Shown one piece after another: positions 43,228 through 52,547 of a stretch of 64,000 nt of DNA. Made by a program: the position numbers and the translations under genes. The number at the start of each line of letters is the position of its first letter. Within the stretch, counting starts at the first letter, position 1. The DNA lies in contig JAWODI010000081.1 in NCBI GenBank assembly GCA_046483365.1, positions 58,151 to 122,150 of the forward strand, given 5' to 3'. Under the pieces are notes generated by a model. The model worked only from the letters and a program-made list of their open reading frames with translations, did not search any database and had not been told where the DNA came from. The DNA comes from Archaeoglobaceae archaeon (GTDB lineage: Archaea; Halobacteriota; Archaeoglobi; Archaeoglobales; Archaeoglobaceae).

Positions 43228-43913
43228 CTATCTTATTCCTTTTTTTTATTTCTCAAGCTTCAGCATTCGGAGTTAAACCCGCCAATGTTACCGATGAAGA
43301 ACTCGAAAAGATAAAACAGAACGACATCGATGACGAAAGGAAAATCTCTTTCTGGGATCTTCCTTTATGGATAAAAGCTCACCACATTTATCTTATCACG
43401 CTTTCGGCTCTCGCAGCTCTCGGACTCTGGAAATACCTTCCCATCCTACTTGGAAGAATCAAGTCTGTTCTAAAGAGTACGAAGAGACAACGAATATTGG
43501 ATTACTTGGAGTGGAACTTTGGGGTTAGCATAAGAGAACTCGAGGAAAATCTCAACATTAACAGGAGCACCCTCCGCTACCATTTAGCTTTGCTGGAAAG
43601 ATGGGGTAAGGTTATCTCAGTTAGTTGCGGTAATGAAAGGCTATTTTTCTCTAAAAACCAGCTTACAGACGGTGAACTGGGTCTGGTGACCTTTTTAAGG
43701 TCAGAAAATAAGAGACGTATACTTGAATTACTGTCCCAGAATGGGTCCTTATCAAAAGAAGAAATAGCTGAACTGACAGGAATAAATCCGAAAAACTTAT
43801 ACTATCACCTTAACCACCTCAAAAGTTCAGGTATGTTAGAGAAAAATGGGGAAGAGTTTCGCATCGATCCTGAACAACGGGGAAGATTCTTGAGTTTATT
43901 GAGGTACGCATAA
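43161..43913 (+). CDS. Single-pass transmembrane regulator with two winged-helix domains, paralog of 17329..18030
   Basis: SAFGVKPANVTDEELEKIKQNDIDDERKISFWDLPLWIK ectodomain, TM helix, then RILDYLEWNFGVSIRELEENLNINRSTLRYHLALLE and RRILELLSQNGSLSKEEIAELTGINPKNLYYHLNHL. The only in-frame start overlaps 42859..43227 by 67 nt. Confidence 0.6.
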   Translation: MGLQGSRRRSEWSRVLLFYCSLTILFLFFISQASAFGVKPANVTDEELEKIKQNDIDDERKISFWDLPLWIKAHHIYLITLSALAALGLWKYLPILLGRIKSVLKSTKRQRILDYLEWNFGVSIRELEENLNINRSTLRYHLALLERWGKVISVSCGNERLFFSKNQLTDGELGLVTFLRSENKRRILELLSQNGSLSKEEIAELTGINPKNLYYHLNHLKSSGMLEKNGEEFRIDPEQRGRFLSLLRYA

Positions 43914-43920
43914 CCTAATT

Positions 43921-44175
43921 TTGTATCTTTGTCCCAAAAAATTTCAGCCTTTTAAACTCTTCAGAGAAATGGATACATAAAGAACGATATACATGGCTTA
44001 GGTCATCCTTGATCTATCAAGTATCAAAAGCTCTGGGGAGGAATTACGAGGGATTGGCCAATAAGGGAGGGCGAAAGAACTGCAATCCTCTGGCTTTGCA
44101 GCTCTGGACGCTCTTCATATATCCTGCGCCGAAAATGGGAGCGCTGAAGTCATGCTGACAACAGACATAGTTTAA
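43921..44175 (+). pseudogene. PIN-domain toxin, C-terminal ~85 codons with three in-frame stops
   Basis: A single frame reads LYLCPKKFQPFKLFREMDT*RTIYMA*VILDLSSIKSSGEELRGIGQ*GRAKELQSSGFAALDALHISCAENGSAEVMLTTDIV*. G....DALHi..Ae...a....TtD is the conserved PIN C-terminal acidic motif. Confidence 0.5.
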
Positions 44176-44249
44176 TAAGGTTGTCATCCCAAGTTGAATT
44201 AAAGGTGGGTGTGAAGAATCCGTGTACCTGGATTATGGAGGTGCTCTAA

Positions 44250-44462
44250 TTGAATATTAATGCCATTTCCCCGGATGAGATAAGGATTGCAGGACTAAAA
44301 GCTCTTGAGAAGGAGCTGGGGCCGGTAGGTATGGTCAGATTCCTCCAGCAATACGAATTGGGAGAGGGGGACTACACCAAGGAGAGAAAGAAGCTCTTGG
44401 AGAAGTACCCTGAAGTAGATAAGATAATTGAAGAAATCGAAAAGATGAGGAAAGACGGATAG
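44250..44462 (+). CDS. 70-aa conserved small protein (possible antitoxin-like partner)
   Basis: GGAGGTG Shine-Dalgarno + TTG start. LGPVGMVRFLQQYELGEGDYTKERKKLL is a motif I recall from small proteins adjacent to PIN genes. Confidence 0.4.
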   Translation: MNINAISPDEIRIAGLKALEKELGPVGMVRFLQQYELGEGDYTKERKKLLEKYPEVDKIIEEIEKMRKDG

Positions 44463-44470
44463 CTAGCAAA

Positions 44471-45193
44471 TCAGCCCCTGGTAATCAGATCCGGGTCCAC
44501 CTCAGCCCTCACTACCTCTGGAACGTTCCCTGCAAACCCCATCAACTCCCCCTTGACCGCAAAAATACCTTCCACATAATCCTTATCCTTACACCTCTCC
44601 CAGAATTCCTCCATAACAGAAGTAAAATTCTCTTCATCCACTTCCTCTTTGATCTCGTTCCCCAATGCGGTAGCAAAGGCATCGGCCACACAGGCATCAT
44701 CGCCAAATACTGTTGCCGCGTCAGCATAACCAAAACTGATGGAGTGCCCTATTCTCCCACTGGACGTGCATATAGCCCTTATCTCCTCAGGTGGCTCTAT
44801 CTTAAATCCCAGTTTCATGTTGGTGCCAGTATAAACGCCTATCACCATCTCTTGCTGACTGTAGATGGCCATATCTCCTCCGTTGTCCACCACCGCAAAA
44901 TCCGCTCCCTCTTCCACCATTTTCTCCACGGCGAACTGAGAAATCATTCCCGCCACAGAAGCCATTGGTCCCAATCCAGCCGCTTCGGCTGCCTCAACCA
45001 TCCTTCTGGTCACTGCCCCTTCATAAAAGTTGTAGGGTTCGAGTGAGGAAAAGAAAAAAGGGTCCGACCTTATTACTGACTCTATCTCTTTTCTGGCTTC
45101 CAGTATAGCGTTGACGGCAACATCGTAATACCTGTCATCCTCCACCAGAATGGTTACAATGGTCTCCTTATGCTGATACCTGTATCTCTTCAT
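44471..45193 (-). CDS. UPF0280 / COG2122 ApbE-like protein (sulfur assimilation / homocysteine pathway-associated)
   Basis: GLGPMASVAGMISQ, VVDNGGDMAI, ICTSSGRIGHSISFGYADAATV and ADAFATALGN match the UPF0280 pattern. Confidence 0.7.
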   Translation of the reverse strand: MKRYRYQHKETIVTILVEDDRYYDVAVNAILEARKEIESVIRSDPFFFSSLEPYNFYEGAVTRRMVEAAEAAGLGPMASVAGMISQFAVEKMVEEGADFAVVDNGGDMAIYSQQEMVIGVYTGTNMKLGFKIEPPEEIRAICTSSGRIGHSISFGYADAATVFGDDACVADAFATALGNEIKEEVDEENFTSVMEEFWERCKDKDYVEGIFAVKGELMGFAGNVPEVVRAEVDPDLITRG

Positions 45194-45230
45194 TTTGCTT
45201 TCTTTGCTTTTTTGCTTTAGCGTTTGTTCT

Positions 45231-45620
45231 TCAAGGAAGGTGGAGGGCGTTTACGGGACAGACATTGACGCAGACCCCGCAGTGAATGCACTTCTCGGTC
45301 TCCGCCATTACTTTGTTTTCGTCGTCCAGATAGAATACCTCCACAGGACATATGCTGATGCAAGCTCCGCAGTGAATGCAGCTGTCGTCCTTGTTTATCT
45401 TTTTCTCCAGCCTGGTTACGTCGATCCCTTGCCTTTCAAAGGCTTTAATGACGTCCTCCACCTTTGATTTCTCTACCTCAACTACCATCTCTCCTTCTCT
45501 GGCTCCCACGTTGGCTCTTATGATGTTTATCAGGCTGTTGGTCTCCAGGCTGGCTTTGGAGATTATGGGTTCCTTAACCTTGTGTGAATCGAATTGTATC
45601 TCCAGCATCATTTCAATCAC
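45231..45620 (-). CDS. NIL-domain / 2x[4Fe-4S] ferredoxin protein
   Basis: N-terminal NIL-like domain; CIHCGACISICP and CIHCGVCVNVCP. 8-nt overlap with the upstream gene. Confidence 0.75.
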   Translation of the reverse strand: MIEMMLEIQFDSHKVKEPIISKASLETNSLINIIRANVGAREGEMVVEVEKSKVEDVIKAFERQGIDVTRLEKKINKDDSCIHCGACISICPVEVFYLDDENKVMAETEKCIHCGVCVNVCPVNALHLP

Positions 45621-47094
45621 CCGAAAGCAGTTTGCTCAAGTCTTCAGCGGTCACCAGCCCCACTAAACGATTTCTGGTATCGGTTACTGGTAGAGCAGAT
45701 ATGTCGTGCTTCTCCATTTTTCTTGCTGCCACCTGGACCGGGTCCTCTGGAAGGGTGGTGACGACTTTTTTGACCATTATGTCCTCTACTTTGCCTACTT
45801 TGCCCATAGCCACCGCCTTGGCAACGTCCCAGGAGGTGACGATCCCGATGAGAGTGTTATCATTGTCGACCACGGGCAGATGGTTCACTTCTTTACGAAT
45901 GATTATCTTGGAAGCTTCTTCCACACTCGTTTCCGGACTTATGTAGATGGCAGAGGTCATAACGCTTTTAACCACCCTGATAGCGGTCTGCTTCATGGGA
46001 TTGAACACTTTCTTTGTGGGAATGCTCTCCACGGGAAGTGACAGGGAGAACTCACCTTTAACGACCCTGTTCTTCAACTCTTCAGATATCTTTTGGGCGA
46101 TATGCTGGCTGGAAAGTGGGGAGACTCTTACGTCTTCTCCATTCATCTCCACCTTACCGCTCTTCAGCTCTGCATAGGTCACATTCCTCATTACAGGTCT
46201 GTCCCTTCTGGGAACACCAAAGTCGATTATCTGGGTCTCTATGTCCTCATCTCTGACTGCAGCGGCAGAAGCCATATCGGCATCCAGAATGGGTATGGGG
46301 ACGCCAATTCCAATGTACATGGTTACTCCGTATCCCGGAAAGACGGCTGCCTGCATGTACTGAGGGTCCATCTCCTTCAGATCACCTTTGACCATCAGCG
46401 TTCCGAATGGTGGACTGTGCTGGGTTCCCTCCCCCACCACGTATCCCTGAGCACCGCATAGGAATATTTTGGTCCCTGTACCTATGGTCCTGTACTGGGG
46501 ATCGTTATTCAGGGGTGATATCTCTCCAGTTCCAGCGAATGTTATATTCCCGTATCTGGGGAGTAATGTGCCCAAGTAAGTTCTCAACATCTGGTTGGAA
46601 GAGTTGGTTGCGGACTTATACCTCTGATAAGCGTTCCTGGGATTCAGCATGGTGGCCTGATTCAGATCGTCCAGAGAGAGCTCGGTTACTATCTCTTTTC
46701 GAGGGTAACAATCGGATCCGTAACTCGTCGCCCTCAAACTCACTTCCTTACCTTTTACAAAGTCCTCTATTACGTGTGCCCCACCATATTCCATTCCCCT
46801 TGTTTCTGATAATTGAGTTGCGCCTATGTAGGCGTCAATGGCAGCTATTCCTGTATAGGCTTCTACATCGTTAAGCCATACTTTCTGCATTTTGATGGGG
46901 GGATCAGAATGACCGAAATTGAGAAATGCTCCCGAGGAGCACATGGCACCGAAAGTCCCTGTGGTGACCACATCAACTTCTCTGGCAGCCTGCTCTGCTC
47001 CCACCTCATCCACAAAATCCTTCATTTTGTCGGCGGTTACTACAGAGACATTTCCTTCCTTGATCTTTTGGTTGATATCCTCAATAGATTTCAC
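45613..47094 (-). CDS. COG1900 (DUF39) homocysteine-biosynthesis protein with two C-terminal CBS domains
   Basis: VDVVTTGTFGAMCSSGAFLNFGHSDPPIKM is the typical COG1900 N-terminus. The C-terminal CBS pair includes HLPVVDNDNTLIGIVTSWDV and ALPVTDTRNRLVGLVTAEDL. Confidence 0.8.
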   Translation of the reverse strand: MKSIEDINQKIKEGNVSVVTADKMKDFVDEVGAEQAAREVDVVTTGTFGAMCSSGAFLNFGHSDPPIKMQKVWLNDVEAYTGIAAIDAYIGATQLSETRGMEYGGAHVIEDFVKGKEVSLRATSYGSDCYPRKEIVTELSLDDLNQATMLNPRNAYQRYKSATNSSNQMLRTYLGTLLPRYGNITFAGTGEISPLNNDPQYRTIGTGTKIFLCGAQGYVVGEGTQHSPPFGTLMVKGDLKEMDPQYMQAAVFPGYGVTMYIGIGVPIPILDADMASAAAVRDEDIETQIIDFGVPRRDRPVMRNVTYAELKSGKVEMNGEDVRVSPLSSQHIAQKISEELKNRVVKGEFSLSLPVESIPTKKVFNPMKQTAIRVVKSVMTSAIYISPETSVEEASKIIIRKEVNHLPVVDNDNTLIGIVTSWDVAKAVAMGKVGKVEDIMVKKVVTTLPEDPVQVAARKMEKHDISALPVTDTRNRLVGLVTAEDLSKLLSGD

Positions 47095-47314
47095 GTGGAG
47101 AGGAACTTTTTCACTGTATATAAATATTACTAATTTTTGAACGCCAAATTATTACTAATAATAATTTTTTAATTCCATTCCCTACAATGATGGACATACC
47201 AGTGAAGGGATATAAATAGTAAGGTGGACTTGAAGTGTAAAAGATGGTGAAGATAATGGTAAAAATAGAGATAATCAAAAAGAATTGAGAATATTCAGGG
47301 GATCAAGGTTGCCT

Positions 47315-47503
47315 CTATGTCCTCTTCTTCATAGCTTCTTCCAGCCTCCTCTCCAGAGGCTCTTCTTGAGTGTGGGAGCATGACAAGTAATGATCCACCG
47401 CCCTGGCAATGGCGTCCTTGGTTGCGATTTCTCCAGTTTTGCTCTTTAATTCACTGAGAACTTGTTCAGCTAATACTGTTTGTGCATGAACGATCTTTAC
47501 CAT
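47315..47503 (-). CDS. 62-aa hypothetical protein
   Basis: ORF with a plausible start; no recognisable motif. Confidence 0.3.
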   Translation of the reverse strand: MVKIVHAQTVLAEQVLSELKSKTGEIATKDAIARAVDHYLSCSHTQEEPLERRLEEAMKKRT

Positions 47504-47595
47504 ATCTTATCACCTATATGAGAATGATGGACTTAAAGGCTTAAAACATTTATCATTATTATAAAGATGTGATCTTTATGGTGTGTTTCTTTGAG

Positions 47596-48936
47596 CTATT
47601 TCAAAAGGTGATTAACCCACTGGATCACGTTGTCTATCCTCTTTCCAGCGGTGCCCAGATAGTTCTCAGGTTTAAGGATTTCCTTTAATTCGTCCTTGCC
47701 AATGTACCTGGTTACCTCATCACTGGTGGCGAGCTCTTCATAGAGCGTAGATGTACCCCTGGTGTTCAATGAGGCTTCCCTTATCACCTCGTGTGCTTCC
47801 TGCCTGCTCATACCCCTTCTGGTAAGGGCCATCATAACCGCCTCACTCAAGTTCAATCCTTTCTGCATGTCCAAATTCCTCTTGATGTTATCTTCATCAA
47901 GTGACATCGACTCCAGTAGCTTGTTCATTTTGGCCAGAATGTGGTCCACCAGCACTGTAGATTCCAGCAGAGTGATCCTTTCGGCCGAAGAGTTGCTTAG
48001 ATCTCTCTCCTCCCATAGAATAGCACTCTGGTGCTGGGGCTCAACAAACCCTCTCGCAACCCTGGCCAGTCCACATATGTTCTCACTATCTATAGGATTT
48101 CTCTTGTGGGGCATGGTAGAGCTACCTACCTGCTTTTTCCCGAATTTCTCCCATATTTCACCTACTTCAGCCCTCTGAAGGACTCTGAAGTTTGTGGCGA
48201 CCTTTTCCAGGGTGGTGGCCAGATTGGCCAGGAACTCAATATATTCGCAGTAAATGTCCCTGGGAACGATCTGGCTGGAAGCCATCGCCGGTTTCAAGCC
48301 CAGCATCCTCATAACATCTTCTTCAAGCTCTATACCTTCTTCACCCAGCGCTGCCTGAGTGCCGACCGCTCCGCTGAATATCCCCACCAGCAGTCTTTCC
48401 CGCAATTGCTGCAGGCGGATGTAATGTCTTCCCACTTCAGAAGCCCAGATGGCGAACCGAAACCCGTAGGTGGTGGGTAAAGCTGGCTGACCATGTGTCC
48501 TGCCCAAGCACACAACATCTCTGTATTCATCGGCTTTTTGAGATAAAAGGCGGAGCAGTTTCCTGATCCTGGATTCCAGAACCTTAAAGGAATCCCTGAG
48601 CTGGGTCGCGGTTGCCGTATCAATGATGTCATTGGAGGTCGCTCCGAAGTGAACCCACCTGGATGCTTCACCGGAAACTTCTGAAATCGCTTTTACTAAA
48701 GCCATTATATCGTGCTTTATCTCGTCCTCGATCTCTCTTACCCTGTCAGTGCTGATATTCAGTGACTGTCTTTTAGCTTCATCCACAGTAGAGATATCCA
48801 GGTAGCCCTTATGAGCCAGTGCTTTAAGAATAGCCATCTCAACCCTTATCATCCGTTTGATCTTGCTCTCCTCCGACCAGATTCTCTTCATTTGAGAAGT
48901 GCCATATCGATAATCAATGGGATGGACGATCATCAA
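47596..48936 (-). CDS. purB: Adenylosuccinate lyase
   Basis: Fumarate-lyase signature GSSTMPHKRNP; 446 aa. Confidence 0.9.
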   Translation of the reverse strand: MMIVHPIDYRYGTSQMKRIWSEESKIKRMIRVEMAILKALAHKGYLDISTVDEAKRQSLNISTDRVREIEDEIKHDIMALVKAISEVSGEASRWVHFGATSNDIIDTATATQLRDSFKVLESRIRKLLRLLSQKADEYRDVVCLGRTHGQPALPTTYGFRFAIWASEVGRHYIRLQQLRERLLVGIFSGAVGTQAALGEEGIELEEDVMRMLGLKPAMASSQIVPRDIYCEYIEFLANLATTLEKVATNFRVLQRAEVGEIWEKFGKKQVGSSTMPHKRNPIDSENICGLARVARGFVEPQHQSAILWEERDLSNSSAERITLLESTVLVDHILAKMNKLLESMSLDEDNIKRNLDMQKGLNLSEAVMMALTRRGMSRQEAHEVIREASLNTRGTSTLYEELATSDEVTRYIGKDELKEILKPENYLGTAGKRIDNVIQWVNHLLK

Positions 48937-49057
48937 CTTTGGTTTTAAGCAATAGCTTAAAAATATTTAGTTTTGTTAAGTTTTGGATCTCGAGGCAACG
49001 ATTGGTCAATTGAGGATTAAGGTTAAAAATTTATAATCATCTCACCTGGGCAGGGTT

Positions 49058-50083
49058 ATGAGAACCATTTACTGGGACGATGGTGTAAAGCTGATCGATC
49101 AGACTCTTTTACCTGACAAATTCGACATAATGAGCTGTAATACGGTGGAAGAGCTGGCAGAGGCCATAAAAAGGCTGTCCATTAGGGGTGCCCCCGCCTT
49201 GGAGGCTTCAGGAGCTTATGGGATGGTTCTGGCTGCCCACCAGAAGAAGACCAGTTCAGTAGAGGAGCTAAAGGACTTTATGAAGGATTCCGCAGAGTAC
49301 CTGGATTCCACTCGCCCCACCGCCGTTAATCTGTCTTACGGCATCCACAGAGTGCTCTACAAAGCATTAGTGGGGCAAAGCGTTGATGAAGTCAGGGAGT
49401 TGGCTTTTAAAGAAGCCGAGAAGGTAGTTGAAGAGGACGCTAAAAGGAATAAGGCAATAGGTGATAATGGGGCTGAATTGCTCAAAGACGGGGATACGGT
49501 CCTTACTTACTGTAATGCAGGTAGTCTAGCCACCGTGGAGTGGGGGACTGCTCTGGGAGTGATAAGGAGCGCAGTGAAAGATGGTAAGGATATCAAGGTC
49601 TATGCCTGCGAGACCAGACCCCTGAACCAGGGCTCCAGACTGACTACATGGGAAATGATGCAGGAAGGAATAGACGTTACTCTAATAACCGACAGTATGG
49701 CAGGAATAGTGATGCAGAAGGGATTGATCGATTGCGTGGTGGTGGGAGCTGACAGGATCGTGAGCGATGCAGTGTTTAATAAGATCGGGACATATACTGT
49801 TTCCGTAGTGGCAAAGGAGAACTCGATCCCCTTCTACGTCGCAGCACCGGTGACCACATTCGACTGGAGCAGGAGCATGAACGACATCAAGATAGAAGAG
49901 AGAGCTCCAGAGGAGCTGACCTACTGCCATATCAAGTGTAAGAGCTGTAAAATAGCTCCTGAAGGTGTCAAGGTCTATAATCCAGCCTTCGACCCAACTC
50001 CCCTTAGCTATGTAACAGCATTAATAACGGAAAAAGGGGTAGCGTACCCTCCCTACAATGAAAGTGTTCCGCCTATTCTATGA
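49058..50083 (+). CDS. mtnA: Methylthioribose-1-phosphate isomerase family (eIF-2B alpha/beta/delta-like)
   Basis: IRGAPAL, TRPTAVNL, CNAGSLAT, ETRPLNQGSRLT and GADRI motifs. Confidence 0.8.
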   Translation: MRTIYWDDGVKLIDQTLLPDKFDIMSCNTVEELAEAIKRLSIRGAPALEASGAYGMVLAAHQKKTSSVEELKDFMKDSAEYLDSTRPTAVNLSYGIHRVLYKALVGQSVDEVRELAFKEAEKVVEEDAKRNKAIGDNGAELLKDGDTVLTYCNAGSLATVEWGTALGVIRSAVKDGKDIKVYACETRPLNQGSRLTTWEMMQEGIDVTLITDSMAGIVMQKGLIDCVVVGADRIVSDAVFNKIGTYTVSVVAKENSIPFYVAAPVTTFDWSRSMNDIKIEERAPEELTYCHIKCKSCKIAPEGVKVYNPAFDPTPLSYVTALITEKGVAYPPYNESVPPIL

Positions 50084-50141
50084 GAGATTATCCTTATTTG
50101 TTTTTAGAATTAAAGAAGAAAGAAAGGGATCAAGTTTAGTT

Positions 50142-50501
50142 TTAGTGTCTGTGCTCCTGGCAGGCGCTGTCCAGATCCGCTTCTGAGAGCTGCCCCTCTT
50201 TCAACATTTTGATCAGATCCTTGACTTTAGAGCTGCCAGGATATCTGTAAACCTTGATGCCCAGCTGCTCGAACATCATTACTGCCTTAGGTCCTAGGTT
50301 GGAGCATACGACCACATCAATGCCGTTGCTTGCCAGAAGCTCGGGAGGCTTGCCTGAACCGCCCATATGGTCACTGGTGTTCTTTATGACGCTTACTTCT
50401 CCGGTTTCAGAATCATAGACGGTAAAAGTAGGAGCTCGACCGAAGTGCTCCATCACGTAATCCTCTTCACCACCACTCTCAGTTGGTATAGCTATCTTCA
50501 T
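50142..50501 (-). CDS. NifX/NifB-type cofactor-binding domain protein
   Basis: MKIAIPTE...HFGRAPTFTVYD...VVVCSNLGPKA pattern. Confidence 0.6.
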   Translation of the reverse strand: MKIAIPTESGGEEDYVMEHFGRAPTFTVYDSETGEVSVIKNTSDHMGGSGKPPELLASNGIDVVVCSNLGPKAVMMFEQLGIKVYRYPGSSKVKDLIKMLKEGQLSEADLDSACQEHRH

Positions 50502-51256
50502 GCTGTGACCTCCTTCTCCAGCTGTTTCAGTATTTTCTTGGTCAGCTCATCGAAGATCTCAGAGGCTTTACCTCCCAGCTCTACCATGGGCTTTCCTTTT
50601 TCACCACTATCCGACACCTCCGGGTTGAGGGGTATGGAGCCAAGGAAGGGGATCTTCATTTCTTGAGCCAGTTTTTCGCCTCCACCTTTGCCGAATACTT
50701 CAATGACCTTTTCGCAGTGAGGGCAGATCATTCCTGACATGTTCTCTACTACTCCCAGCACAGGTACCTCTGTCTGTTTGGCGAAATTAATCGCTTTCTT
50801 CACTTCTCCGTATGCGAGCTTCTGAGGAGAGGTCACTGCAACCACTCCATCCGGCTTGGCAACCTGCATCACGCTGATCGCTTCATCTCCTGTGCCCGGA
50901 GGCAGATCAATGACTAGATAATCAGCATCCCAATCGACCTGCTCGATCCCCTGCTGGATAAACCCGTGTTTTACCGGGCCCCTCCAGATAACTGGTGAAT
51001 CTGAAGAGGGAAGCAAGAATCCTATGGAAAACACCTTGAGGTTCCTGATGGTGACCGGCTCATATTTCCCTTCTTCATCTGACTGTGCAAGACCTCTAAT
51101 GTCTGTAAGCCCCAGCATTTGAGGAACGCTCGGGCCATGAATATCTGCATCAAATAATCCTGTCTTATACTCTCGAGCTAGTGCAAAAGCCAGGTTTGTT
51201 GCTACGGTGCTTTTACCCACACCGCCTTTACCGCTCATCACTGCTATTTTCTTCAT
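50498..51256 (-). CDS. Mrp/NBP35/ApbC-family Fe-S cluster carrier ATPase
   Basis: Deviant Walker A SGKGGVGKST; CPHC motif; 4-nt overlap with the downstream gene. Confidence 0.8.
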   Translation of the reverse strand: MKKIAVMSGKGGVGKSTVATNLAFALAREYKTGLFDADIHGPSVPQMLGLTDIRGLAQSDEEGKYEPVTIRNLKVFSIGFLLPSSDSPVIWRGPVKHGFIQQGIEQVDWDADYLVIDLPPGTGDEAISVMQVAKPDGVVAVTSPQKLAYGEVKKAINFAKQTEVPVLGVVENMSGMICPHCEKVIEVFGKGGGEKLAQEMKIPFLGSIPLNPEVSDSGEKGKPMVELGGKASEIFDELTKKILKQLEKEVTA

Positions 51257-51680
51257 ACCCTGAAAAGGGTTGTTGATTTAATAAGAATTTTGATTATTGA
51301 GGGTAGACCTCAATCACTTAGCCACACCTAAGAAAAACAATTCACCTGCTTATATATTATAAGGTCAGGCTTAATTATTAAAGACCGGAAGATGATAAAG
51401 ATTTCATTCCCATAATTTTGAATGAAGTGGGGTTAAAATTCATGACCGATAACTCTCGAAAGTTACTTAAATTGAAATGAACACAGTTAAATAGGGGGAA
51501 AACTAAAAGGGCTTTAATCTGTCCACAGAAATGTTGAGACCATTGGATTCCATTCAATGTGATGCGGTCATGAGTTGAGTTTAGAGTTACTTTTAAATAT
51601 CCTTCCGAAACCCTCTTCAAAATCAAAGGGGTGAAATTTTCAAACCCCCTGTCAAACTATCAAGATTCAGAGGGAAAACT

Positions 51681-52058
51681 ATGAGCAGAGTAAGGAAACT
51701 TCAGGATAGAAAAAGTGATCCAAATCTCATCAGGTTAATAGATGAACTGCTGGACGGTAATGCCACGAATGATGCTCCCATATGGAAGGATGTAGCAAAG
51801 AAGATTGCCAATTCAAGAAGGAACTATGCCGAGGTCAATATATCAAAAATCCAAAAACATTCCAGGGACAATGAAGTATTGCTTGTTCCGGGTAAGGTTC
51901 TTGGAGGGGGAGAGCTCTCCAGAGTAGTAAGTGTAGCTGCTATGTCATTCTCAGAGACTGCCAGAAGAAAGATCGAAGGCTCGGGTGGAAAATGTTTGAC
52001 CATCAGAGAGCTTATAGAGCAGAACCCCAGTGGGTCTGAAGTTAGAGTAATGGTTTGA
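51681..52058 (+). CDS. rpl18e: Ribosomal protein L18e
   Basis: Sequence pattern and its position ahead of L13-S9-RpoN. Confidence 0.8.
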   Translation: MSRVRKLQDRKSDPNLIRLIDELLDGNATNDAPIWKDVAKKIANSRRNYAEVNISKIQKHSRDNEVLLVPGKVLGGGELSRVVSVAAMSFSETARRKIEGSGGKCLTIRELIEQNPSGSEVRVMV

Positions 52059-52079
52059 TATTGCATGAGGTGAGCTAAA

Positions 52080-52547
52080 ATGTCAGTTAACGTGAAGAGA
52101 ATACTGGGAGATGAAGATTATACCGTGATCGATGCTAAAGGTCACATTCTGGGCAGGTTATCCAGTAAGATCGCCAAAAGATTGATCGATGGTGAGAATA
52201 TTGTGATAGTTAACGCCGAAAAGGCGGTCATAACCGGTCAGAGGTCCATGAACTTGAACAAGTACATTGAGAAGAGTGAGAGGGGCAGTCAGGAGAGCGG
52301 TCCTTATTTCCCCAAGCACCCTGAGAATATCTTTAAGAGAACCGTAAGAGGTATGCTTCCCTGGAAGAACAGAAGAGGTAGGGAAGCTTTTAAGGGACTC
52401 AAAGTTTTTATAGGTGTCCCAGACGAGTTGAAAAATATGCAATTCGAGCAAATTGATGATGCTTTAATGGAGAAGGTATCCAAAACTGACCGATACATAT
52501 CCCTGGGCGAAGTAAGCAAGTACCTGGGAAGCAAGGTGGTATCATGA
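52080..52547 (+). CDS. rpl13: Ribosomal protein L13
   Basis: IDAKGHILGRLSSKIAKRL..GENIVIVNAEKAVITG. Confidence 0.85.
   Translation: MSVNVKRILGDEDYTVIDAKGHILGRLSSKIAKRLIDGENIVIVNAEKAVITGQRSMNLNKYIEKSERGSQESGPYFPKHPENIFKRTVRGMLPWKNRRGREAFKGLKVFIGVPDELKNMQFEQIDDALMEKVSKTDRYISLGEVSKYLGSKVVS

Noticed and set aside
45584-47140. Series of plus-strand ORFs (45584..45946, 45706..46041, 46093..46461, 46407..46874, 46813..47133 and others)
   Set aside because: They are antisense to the well-supported COG1900-CBS gene, with no independent signals.
51378-51626. 82-aa minus-strand ORF in the 424-bp gap upstream of rpl18e
   Set aside because: It has no Shine-Dalgarno sequence and no motif, and its composition resembles the surrounding non-coding DNA. 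I also found no tRNA-like or obvious structured RNA here.
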